This document shows, in pieces, positions 13,934 to 25,900 of a stretch of 63,852 bases of DNA (position 1 is its first letter; each line of letters begins with the position of its first letter). The stretch is from Antechinus flavipes (taxonomy: Eukaryota). The DNA lies in NCBI RefSeq assembly GCF_016432865.1, contig NC_067400.1:616652149-616716000 (forward strand). Reading direction: 5' to 3'. A model generated the notes under the pieces. The model was not told the origin of the DNA. It saw only the letters and a program-made list of their open reading frames with translations, and searched no databases. A program made the translations under genes and the position numbers.

Positions 13934-16900
13934 CTGCAGGTTGGAGGGATTCAAGAGGAAGAATCAGAGTGAGCATCGGCCTTCACTCCAGGGAGGAGGA
14001 GATGAGGATGCGGATGTGATTCCCCAGAGTTGACACAGAACTAGATAGGACCCCAAGAAACGGCCCCAGCCCCAGCCAGTTCCGGCCTCTCTGGGAGTAC
14101 CCACATCCTCCAGGGCGAAGCCGAGGTGCCGGGCCTCCCAGCTACAGATCCATCTACTCCCTGGTCTTCCGGCCCAGCTAAGCCCATTGACTCACAAGCA
14201 CAGAAGTGCCCAGTGGGTACCGAGGGCCAGGGTACCAAGCAAGGTAGAACTGCCCTCGGGGAGGAGCCAGCTCTCCTGGGAGAAGCCCCGAGAAAGGTAA
14301 CAGAGTCTCGGGGGCAGCGAACCCAAGGTTTCAGAGCTTGGAGAAGCCCCACGAGGGGCCTGCTGCAATCCCTACCTGAGCAGGGCTCCCCAGGGGCCAC
14401 CCCACTTCAGGTCATCCTTTCCTCCAGCCACAGTCTTCCTCCCTGTTCCCGCTGCACCTTCTCCTCGGGCCGCCGTTAGTCTCTTTCACCCACCTGCCCT
14501 TCAAATCCTAGGGGACAATTCTCGGGTCTCCAAGCTTTCTCTCTTCCTGGAAGACCATCACATGATGCTTGATTTGGAGGCCCCCGGCCTTCCTTTGAGC
14601 TCTGTCCTGATTGGTCACTGGCTTTCCTAAAGTGACCTGACAGGGCAGAAGGCTGCAGGACCACCCCCCTCCTCAGCCGGATGCTTTGCTCACAGAGACA
14701 TCTAAAGACCAAGTGAATTGCCTGGGATCCTGGAGCCAGAGTGAGACTTGAACCCAGCTCTCTCCCCATCCTGCCATGCTCTCCCTCAGCTCTCAAGCAC
14801 CGTCATTTTCAGAGCTGGAGCTGACCTGCATCGGTCGCAGAAGTTCCCTACTCCATAAAAATAAAATCACAAATCCGGTGTAAAATGGAGGAAGAAAACC
14901 GCTGCATGGATTTGGCCGGCTGCCATATTGCTCTCCATAAGACCCCCGTTCTTTTGCCCAAGGATATCAGCTTGCCCAGCCCCCGCGGTCCCCATTGGGA
15001 GTCGCCGCCCACCCTGGGCTTCGGCTCTTCCCGTCGCAGCGCCGGCCGCCGAAGTCCCACCGATCCTCTTTCTGCTCCTGAGGCTCCTGCCTCCCCCAGG
15101 TGCAGGACGCCTCTCCCAGCTCACGGCCCGGCCGCTCTCCTGTGGCCATCCCGGCCTACGCCTTCCTATGGCCATTGCCTCCTTCCTCCTAACAGACTGT
15201 AACTTCGCCCAGGTCAGGAGCCCCAAGAGACCGAAAACTCTTCTCAGGCTGAGGCGCTGCTGGTGCTTGGCCCAAAGGGAGAGCAGGGTTCGGCTCTGGC
15301 CTGTACGCCATAGCTCTGGGGCCCTGGACAGGCACTCGGCCTGCTGCCTTCCCAACCCTGAAGTGAAGGTGATGATAGCATCTCTCTCCACGGTGATTGT
15401 GAGGATCAGAGCCTTAGCCCAGTGCCTGGCACACAGCAGGTGCTTAATCAATGCTCTGTCTTCTGACCTGAGCCCGCCACACTTGTAGGTCTGGGAAGCG
15501 CCCAGATGCGGGGGTTAGGATGGCCGGTGAGGGCCTGACCCCCTGCCACACGAGAACTGGCAGCCAGAACTCGGTCACCAGGACCTGATCCCCATCTTCA
15601 GGGCTTTCGGTGGAAGGCTAGAGAAGGCAGAGCTGCAGAGACAGGCTGTGGAGACGCCAGAGGCGCAGTTCGGGCTGATGGGAAGGAAAGCCTTCGGCTC
15701 CTTGGAGCTCCGGGACAGTGGGATGGACTTCCCTGAGTGGGAGCGGACTCCTCATCAGCCAAGGTCTCCCGTGCCATCGGGCAGGGACGTGGCCAAGGAG
15801 ACTCCTGGTCAGTCAGCCTGGAAGACTTCTGAGGCTCTTCCAGCCCTAAGCTTCCTGCCCATCAAGCCCGTGGGAAAGAGGTCAAAGGCAAGCCCTCCTT
15901 CCTCCAGGAGGCTCCCCCTCGGCACGCCCCTCCCTTTCCAGGCTCCCCGGCCTCGCGCAGCCAGATTGCCCTCACGCCTTCTGCGGCTGCCCTCTCCCCA
16001 GCAAAAAGCGCAGGCTGAGGACTGGAAAGGGTAGAAACCGCAGCCCGATTGAGATCCTGCCCTTTCTGGGGCTCTGGGCCCCGGGCACGCTGCTCCCCTG
16101 CTCTGGTGCAGAATGAGGGGCCTGGACGGCGGGATTCCCAAGGTCCGGGCCCGCAGCGAGTGGCTTCGGCTGCTGGCATTGGAGGCTCTGGCGGGGAAGC
16201 GTTAGCGGGCTCCCGGGGCTACGCGCGGAGGCACACCGAGCCTCCGGGAGCCCGGCGCGGCCCTCCAGGCCAGGGAGAGCAGGGAGGGCCTTACCTGGGA
16301 AGAGGCTTACTCCAGGGCTGAGGTGGCAGCCACTCATCGCCGGCTGCCTTCGGGGTCTCGCAGGGGGGGCGGGGACGCTCTTCCTGGGCACTGGCTTCTC
16401 CACAGCAGGCTGGAGCAGGAGAGAGAGACAGGGGATAGCTCTGCCTGGCTCTCTTTGCCGAGGGCCAGGAAAGGGAAGAGGAACCCGCCATCCTTGTAAG
16501 GGTCAGCCCTCCCTTCCCAGCAAGAACCTCGGCATGTCAAGCCTTTCCCCCTGCAGGTCCGTGGCACTCGGGGCCGAACGCTCGGGCTGAAGTGAGGGGA
16601 AACGGGGTGGGGGGGGAGGAACCAACTTGCTAAGCAGAAGTGAACCCCGCCTTCAGCCATTTCCAGAAGGGTGAGCTCAGCTCCGCCATGAGAGGGGGGC
16701 AACCAAGACTCCAAGTGATGGCAAGGAGTGGGGTGTCTCCTGACGAGAGCGACTCCCCCCACAGCTGCTCCTCTGCTTCTGTTTGGGGCCGATTCCTCCA
16801 GAGGCTGCTTCCCCGGCTGGGAGGGGCTTCTTCCCAGGGGCAGGCATAGATGAGCCCTTCGATCTGAGAAACAAAGGCACCGGAGTTGAGGCGGCGTCCA

Positions 16901-19900
16901 AGACCCCCGTAGGGGGCAAAGCCCCAGACCCTCCCTCCAGGGTTCAGTGCACGGTGAAGCGGCTAAGGGAGGGCACTAGACTCGGCTCTTCCTGACACTC
17001 ACTAGCTGTGTGACCCTTGGCAAGTCACTTAATCGCTAGAGTTGCCTTAATTTCTTCATAGGTAAAATGGGTATTATGATCATAGCATCAACCTGTCAGG
17101 ATTGTTGTGAGGATGAAATGAGATCATCTGGGTAAGAGCTTCAAGGTCTCTATAAATGGGTGCAATCGGCTGGATGACATGGGAGATACCAGCACAGGGA
17201 CCGTCATCGGCCCATGTGGTCCAGGAGCAAAGTGGAAGTGAATTAGGCCAGAAGAACCGCGAGAGACTCCGTGCGTCCGCCCCGCGGCAGAGCATCCCAA
17301 GCCCCATCGGTCCGATCAGCCACAGACAGCCCCAAACTCAGCTCTAAGTGACATCATGTCGGGGCTCCTCAAGAGCAAGGCCAGCCACCCACATCATGTC
17401 ACAAAGCACTGGCTGGGGTGCGAGGCCCGAGGCAGACAAGTGGAGACTACGGCGGAGGAAGGGGACGGGGAGAATGTACAAAGCCCGGGGAAGTTTGGGA
17501 AAGGGTCCTGAAAGGGCTGGGGGAGGGGGGAAGAGCTCACTTTCGCCTGGGCAGTAGGGATAGCTCAAAGCAAGAGGTGCCCATCTGAGTTGGGCCCCAA
17601 GGGGAAGGATTCAAATAGGGAAAGAAGGAGTCCACAGGGAGAAGCAGCGTAAACAAAGACACAGCCAGGAGAGCAGACAGGAAGAGGAAAGAAGCTGTCG
17701 GCCAGTTTGGGCTGATAGGGCCAATGAAGGTGGGCCTTGAACGTCAGGCTCTGGAGTTTGGACTTCACCTGCTGGATCTGGAGATTTCTGGACAAATGAA
17801 GCGGCGGAATCGGAGCAGTTCACTAGGAAAACAACGTGGCCTTTTGGGGGGGCATAATGAATCGGAAGAGGCAAAGAATGATTAAGTGCCTCTGTTCTAC
17901 AGCAGCAGTCATCAAAACCTCGGCATTCACTGAAGGATAGATCCCAGGAAGAAGTGAGGCAAGGGGGAACCAGAGAGCATACAACTGTTTGATAAAGTGG
18001 AAAACCTACGTTCCCAGGGGAGAACAACTGCTGGGAAAACCAGAAAGCAGTCTGGCAGAAATCAGGTTTAGACCAGCTCCTTACACTACAGCCCACAATG
18101 CAGACTGAGTGGATACGGGATCTTAATGTTAATGACCGTCCCATAAAAACATTAGCAGAAAGATCTCGTGCCATTCATAATTATAGGTAGGAGATATAAT
18201 CTTAACCAAGCAGAAAACAACACAATAAAATAATGCTGATTACTTGAAACTGAAAAGCTTTTGCAAAGTCAATATAAATCCCTCTAGCACAAAAAGAAAA
18301 GCGGTCAAATGAGGAAAAAAATCTTTGGATCAAATTTCTCTGATAAGGGTTTAATATCCAAGATAAACAATTAACACATACCTACTATATATACAGGCAC
18401 AATGCATGCATGCATGCACATATATTTGTCTATTATATATAAATGATCAGAGGAGAGGATTCTGGGATGATAAATGATCAGAGGAGAGGATTCTGGGAAA
18501 ATAAATGATTAGAGGAGAGGATTCTGGGAAGATGATGGAGTAATTTAGAAATTCTCCAGATTTCCCTCACAAAGCAAAACAGCCTTGGGGCAGAAAGCTG
18601 TTGAAAACTAACTGGAGTTGGAGCATAACAGAGGTTCTCCTGGGTTGGATTCAGAGAGAGATAAGAGGATGGGTGGATGTGTAAAGCCTCCAGGTTAGCT
18701 GGTTTGGAGATAGCCTCAGGCCCCAGCCACTGACACTTTTTTCTCCCAGACAGTTCAGGGAATGGGGGTCTGAGTCCCTGAAGACTGAGGAAGACCAGGC
18801 CCAGCTGTGCTATAAAGCTGAGGCCAGCATCTGCCTATTGAGTGCAGAAGCAGGGACTAAAGACCATCACACTAACAAGCTCTTATTTTAAAAAAATGAG
18901 CAGGCAAAAGAGAAAAGAACTCAACCATAGGAAGAGGGAAGACCAGAGTTCATCTTCAGACTCTGAAGTAAAAAAAACGTCTGGCCTACCCCCAAAAGTA
19001 ACATAAAATGTTTAGCCCCAAAAGAATTCATGAAAGAACTAAAGAAAGATTTTAAAAATCAAATGAGAGTGATTAAGGAAAAACTAAAAAGAAAAAAAGA
19101 ATCATCCAAGAAAAACAAGATTACGAAAAGTCAACCAACTAGAAAAGGGAATCCAGAGTCTTATGGAAGAAATCGACTCTTTGAAAATTAGAATTGGGTA
19201 AGGGGAAGTCAGTGAAGTTATGAGACTAAGAAATAATAAAACAAAATATAAAGATGAAAAAAGAGAAGAGAAGATGAGTGCTCCTAAATGGATCTGGAGA
19301 AGAGATCAAGAGAAAACATAAGAATAACTGGAGTACCTGAAAGCTATGACCACAAAAAGAATCTGGATACAAGACAATAAAGACATTTGTTGTGAAGTGT
19401 TAGAACAAGGCAGGTGGTGTGGGGTGTAATAGAAATAGAAAAAAATCTACCTATTATTACCTGAAAGAGATCCTATGAAGAAAATATACTGGAACATTAT
19501 TATTGCTAAATTTTTAACCCCCCAGATCAAAGAAAAATTTCACAACAACCAAAACCAATTCATATATACTGGAGCCACAATTAGAACTACACAAGACTTA
19601 TCAGTGGCTACAATAAAAGACTGCAAGTCTTGGAATAGGATATATCAAAGACATAAGGAACTACAGTTATACCCAAAAACATTATGTCCAGCAAAATTAA
19701 GTATAACACTGAACTTTCAAAACAAATATTCAGTGAATGGTCAGATTTTCCAGATTTTGCAAGGAACAAACCAACTTAATAGCAAGTTTGACATATAAGA
19801 GTCAACATCAAAGATTAATTTCAAGGGACTAAATAAGGACAAACTGTTTCTGTTTTATACTTTGAAATGTAAATCATAGATCTAAGACTATCATTAGTAA

Positions 19901-22900
19901 TTAGGTAATTCAAAAGAAGGATTGGATTGCAGCTGAGTACAATGTGATTTTAAAAACTAAAACCATGCAGGAAAAGGAAAACGGTAATTATGTTATAGGA
20001 ATGAGGGAGAGAACAAAAATAGACACAGAGGAATTAGATAGGGGAAGAGGACTAGTAGTTGTGAAATTCTACTTCCATTGGGATTGGGTTAAAGAAAGAA
20101 CAATACATATATATCCAGAAAGGTATAAAACCCTACAAGATTTATAAAGAAGAGGCAGAGGGACTAGGTTAGGGTTTTTTAGAAAGCTATATAGATTAAT
20201 GGGAATGGGATAAAGAGGGAAGGAAAAGATGGGAGGAGGAGATAAGGGAGGGATCCTTGAGGAGAAGTTAAATAATATCAAAACAAGCTAGCAGATAGAA
20301 GTAAAGTAGAAGAGTTAGTAGGGATAGAAAATAAGAGATATATACAAATAATAACAATGATCAGTAGTTTTTACTCGGAAAAGTAGGGATGGTAATTATG
20401 TATCTCAAAGTCTAAGTTTTAAAAGATTCAAAGGAAAGAAATCTGCTTTATCAGCCATATTAACATTTTATATGTATGTATATGTACACACATGTATGTA
20501 TATGTGTGTATGTAACTATATATGTATCTATAGATAAGTATATCTGCATAACTAAAGTCTGGAAGAGGAAAGGGGAGAAAAAATAAAGTAAAAATTGCAC
20601 AGTAGAGAGCAATCCCATCTTCCCCAACAACCTATGGAGAGGCTTCTGGGCAGATGGCCGAGTATATCAGAAAATTCCAAGCTCTTCAGATTTCTTCCAC
20701 AAACAAAACAAAATTGCACCTCAGGGTAAACACAGGCCACTGAAAAAGTGGAGAGCCCTGGGACTAGCTGGGTTTGGAGGCAGCCTCAGCCCCAAGCACA
20801 TGAACTTTCACCTTTGGGACCGTGAAGACCGAGAAACCTTAGCTAATATGGAATTCCAGGCTTAGCTGTGCTGCAAAGACACAGCACTGGATGAAAAGGA
20901 ACCAGCACAACCGGTGAGTACAGAAGCTGAGGGGCAGGAATGCTGCTGGCTGCAGGCATTTGTAGGAAAACTTTAGGTTTGGGATTTCAAGTCAGAAGGG
21001 AGAAGTGAAGCTAGAGGTACCATCCCCTCCCCCTCAACCAGGATTAAAGGAGGAGGACATTAAAGTAGAAAAAGCCTCTTCTATCCCAAAGAGTAATGTT
21101 AAATGGCTACTTGTCCAGAAAAAATTTATAAAATTCAAAAAAGACTTTAGAAATCAATAAGAGAGTTTAAAGAGAAACTAAAAAAAATAAATAAAAACCA
21201 TCCAAGAAAAACAAAAAGATAATGAAAAGAAAGTCAACTAACTAGAAAAAGAAATAAAGAATCTTAAAGAAATGATTCTTTGTAAAAATTAGAATTGGGC
21301 AAGGGGAAGCCAGTGAAGCTATAAGAGAGCAAGAAATAACAAAATAAAATATGGAGTTGGCTCTAAGATTGCAGAGCAAATGCAAGGACTCACAAAGCTC
21401 CAAACTGTTCCAAATTCCTTGAAATAATGTCTCTAAACAAATTTTAGAGCAGCAGAACTCACAAAAATATCAGGGGAAAGCATTTTCCAGCTGAAGACAA
21501 TTTAGAAAGTCAGCAAGAAAGATCAGTGGCCTCAGGATGGGAATCTAGCACAGAGTCCCTGCAGGCTGGTCAGTGCTGTTTATATCCTAGGGCCAGCAAA
21601 ATAGGAACTTGCCATGGGGCTTCTAAATCAGCAGCAATGCTGATAATTTCTAGATTTCTCAGCCCAGAGACAGTAAAGATGACATTGAAAGTTGTCAAGA
21701 AGGGTCTGTCGGTATGAAGAGAGGACCTTGGGAAACCAGTGAACCAGGAGTGGACATGGCAGAAAAGAATGCTTGCCATTAGATCCCTAAAAGGATCTCT
21801 GAAAACAGCTGGGGACAGTGTACCCTCCACCCTGGAAACAGAACTCAAATAATAGGCTGGGAAAATGAGCAGACAACCGAAAAAGTTTCTGACCATTGAA
21901 AGTTACAGAAGATCAAAACACATTCAAAAGAAGATAATAAAGTCAAAGCTCCTACATCCAAAGCTTCCAAAAAAATTAAGAATTAGTCTTAGGCTATGGA
22001 GGAGCTAAAAAAGAATTTTGAAAATCAAGAGAAATAGAGAAAAAATGAGAAGAGAACTTAGAGTGGTGCAAAAGGAAATAGAAAAGGCTGATGAGGAGAA
22101 TACCTTAAAAAGCAAAACTGGCCAAATGGGAAAGAAGGTACAAAAGCCCACTGAGGAAAATAATTCCTTGAAAATTAAATTGAGCAAATGGAAGCGAATG
22201 ATTTTATAAGAAATCAAGAAACAATAAAACAAAGCCAAAAAAATGAAAATAAAAATAGAAAACACTGAGGGGGGGGGAAAAAAAACTGACCTGGAAAATA
22301 GATCCAGGAAAGAGAATTTAAAAATTATTGCCCTACCGGAAAGCCATGATTAAAAAAAAAAAAAAAGCCTAGACATTATAAATCATCAAGGAAAACTGTG
22401 CTGATATTCTAGAAATAGAGGGTAAAATAGAAATTGAAAGAATCCACTGATCATCTCCCAAGATGAAAATTGCCAGAAATATTAAATATTATAGCCAAAT
22501 TCTGGAACTCCCAGATCAAGAAGAAAATATTACAAGCTTCCAGAAAGAAGCAATTCAACTATAGTAGAGCCCTAGTAAGCATAACACAAGATTTAGCAGA
22601 TTCTACATTAAAGGATCAGAGGGCTTGGAATATGATATTCCATAGAGCAATGGAGCTAAAATTACAAACAATCCTAGGATTACAAACTCAGAAAAACTGA
22701 ATGTAATCTTTCAGGGGAAAAAGTAGACATTCAATGAAACACAGAAATTTCAAGTATTCATGATGACCACAGCTGAACAAAAAATTCGATTTTCAAATAC
22801 AGGACTCTGGAGAAACATGAGGAGGTTATGAAAGGGATAGTCTAAGGAAGCTAATAAGGTTTATGTATTTACATTCTTACATAGAAGGATGATACCTGTT

Positions 22901-25900
22901 ATTTATTATAACTTTCTCATTATTATGGCAGTTTAGAAGGAATATAGATAGACAGAAGCACAGGTGTGAGTAGAATATGAAAGAATAGATAAAGAAAATA
23001 AAATTAATAGATGAGAGAATAATATACTGGGAAAATGGAAAAGTGAAAGGTAGAATGGCATAAATTATCTGCTATAAAAGAGGGAAGAAAAAGCTTTTAC
23101 CATGGAGGGGGAAAAGGGAAGTGAAGGGAGAGTGAGTGAACCTTACTCTTATCAGAATTGACTCAAAGAGGAAATAACTTACACACCCAATATTGATCTA
23201 GAAATCTATCCTATCTTACAGGAAAGTAAGAAGAGAAGAGGATAAGGAAAGGGAAGAAAGTAATAGAACAAAGAGTATATATTAGGAGAGGGTTGGTCAG
23301 TATTAAAATACTTTGAGGAGGGTCAGGGTGAAAGAAGAGAGTATTAAACAGGAGAGAAATACAGATAACAATAGTAATTGGGGAAAGAATTTTGAAGCAA
23401 GTTTCTCTGATATAGGCCTCATTTCTCAAATGTGTAGATAATTGAGGCAAATTTATTTTTTTTAAAAAAAGCTATTCCCCAGATGATTAATGATCAAAAA
23501 ATATAAACTAGACTCAACAGGTATAAGATCATGCATATCCTTTGACCTAACAAGACCACTATAGGCACGAATCCCAAGATTTAAGAAAGAAAAAATGAAG
23601 GAAAAAGAAAAAAGAAAATGATCTATGTGTACAAAAATATTTACAGCAGTTCTCTTCTCAGTGCAAAGAATTGGAAATTGAGGGGATGCCCATCAACTGA
23701 AAAATGGCTGAATAAATTGTATGTGATTTTGATGGAAAATTATTGTTCTATGAGAAATGATGCACAGATTGCTTTCAGAAAAACCTGGAAAGTCCTCTAT
23801 GAAATCAAAGTGAAATGTGCTGTACACAAATAGCAATATTGTGGGATGATCAGCTGTGAATGACTTTGCTATTCTCAGCAATACAATGATCCAAACTACT
23901 CTGAAGGATCTATGACGAAAAATGGTATCCATACCCAGAGAAAGAACTGATTGTGTATGAATACAGATTGAAGCATATTCTTTGTTATTTTTACTTGATT
24001 TTTTTTGAGAGTTTATTTTTGGGGAGGAGAGGGGATTTATATTTTGTTTTACAACATGACTAATACATTTCTGTACTTATTATACTTTTGTACTTATTGT
24101 ACTTTTAACATTTCTGTATAAAAGAAATAAATCCCCAGTACCTAATATAAATATGAGTGTGTGTGTATATGATGAAAAAATAGAAGAGAATGTGAATCAT
24201 AAAAAAAAAAACAGATCTGGAGAACAGATCAAGAAGAAAAAACATAGGAATTGGACTACCTGAAAGCTGTGACCAAAAAAAAAAAAAAAAAAGAACTTTG
24301 ATGTAAGAAATGATCAAAGAAAATTGTCCTGAAGTAACAAGAGGGGAAAATAGAAACAAAAAAAATCCACCAATCACCACCTTAAAGGGATACTACAAAG
24401 AAAACACATAGGAATGTTGATTATTGCTAAATTTCCAAACTCTCAGGTCAAAGAGAAAATTTTACAAGAAAAACAAAAAAATCAAAAATGCAGAAGTTAC
24501 AAATTAGAATTGTACAGGATTTATCAGCAGCTGCAATAAAAGACCATTATGGAATATTATGTGTTGACAATCAAAATAACTAAGCTTGTAGCCAAAAATA
24601 TCCATCAAAATTAAACATAATATTGAATGGGAAAAAAAAATCATTCAAAGAACTCAAAGATTTACAAGATTTTTTCTCAACCAAACCTGAACTCAATAGA
24701 AAACTTAATATATAAAAGCCAACATCAAAGACTAATTTTAAAGGACCAACCAAGGACAAACGGTTTTATATGTGGAAATGTAAACCATATGTCTAAAAGG
24801 GAGTGGATAGTCCAGTAATTGGATAGTCCAAAAGAAATATTGGGGCAGAACTGGATATGATCTGACTCTAAAAAGCAAAAATGAATAGGAAAAGGTAAAA
24901 AGAGCAATTATCCTATATTAATGAGGTGCAGGGGAAGAATCAACTAGAAGCATTAGATAGGGGAGGGGGGCTGGCAGTTCTGAAAACCTACTCACATTGA
25001 GAATGGGTTAAAAACCACCTTCTAAAATCTACAAGGAAATAAGGAGGGAATAGATAAAATGGGATATAGAAGGGTGTGTAGATTTACAGCAATGAGATAA
25101 AATATGTATAAATTAATGGGAATGGATTAAAGAGGGAGAGAAGGAATTAGGGAGGGATCCATGGGTTGGGGAGGTTAAATAATAGCAAAGTAAGTTAAAG
25201 AATAAAACTAAAATAGAAGAGTTAACTGGATAGGAAATAAAAGGTGTAAACAAACACAGTAACAAAGATCAGGAGTAGAATTTATTAGAAAAAAAAGACT
25301 AGTAATCATTGATCTCAAATAAAGTCAAATTTTAAAATTCAATCAAGAGAGAAATCTACATTATATGTCAGCCATATTTATATTTTAGATATATGTCTAC
25401 TCATGTATAGATACATAGGTATATTGTGTGGGTATATTTGCATATATGAAGGTGTTTATGTAGAGATACATGTGGGGTATGTGTACATATGTGTGTATAT
25501 ACATGTATAATATCCATGCTTAATTGTAGTCTGCTTGGGGAAAGTAAGGAAGATGAAAGGGGGGAAAAAAAGGAAGGTAGGAAGCAAGGAAAGAGAGAGG
25601 GAGAGAAGACAGAGCAAAAAACAAAAGAATAACGAGAAAAAAGCAAAGATGAACAGTCATGAGTATGTCTTCTATCATTATATATGCTTTTTTGAAATGG
25701 AAATTTGTTATATATTGTGAATCCTTCCTGATATTCTCCTGGGCACATGACGATATTTATTGTTTTATTTTTCCTGTTTCTGTCTTTTTCTATTTAGTTT
25801 TAAATATTTTTTTTTAAAGAAAATCTACAAAGAAGCAAAGTTGGACAGTTCTGAAGATACTGTCTTCTACTATTACATATGCTTTCTTAAAATGGAAATT

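Noticed and set aside
14100-14480. Candidate MEIOSIN exons ending at 14376 and starting at 14275
   Set aside because: Plausible splice sites, but phases could not be reconciled uniquely with exon 13933-13830.
15180-15360. Candidate MEIOSIN middle exon (GQSRTLLSL or PDLGEVTVC frames)
   Set aside because: Good acceptor, but two frames each give only faint similarity and no donor chains reliably.
18440-18532. Regularly spaced direct repeats as a CRISPR-like array (also 7057-7465)
   Set aside because: Eukaryotic context, no unique constant-length spacers and no cas genes.
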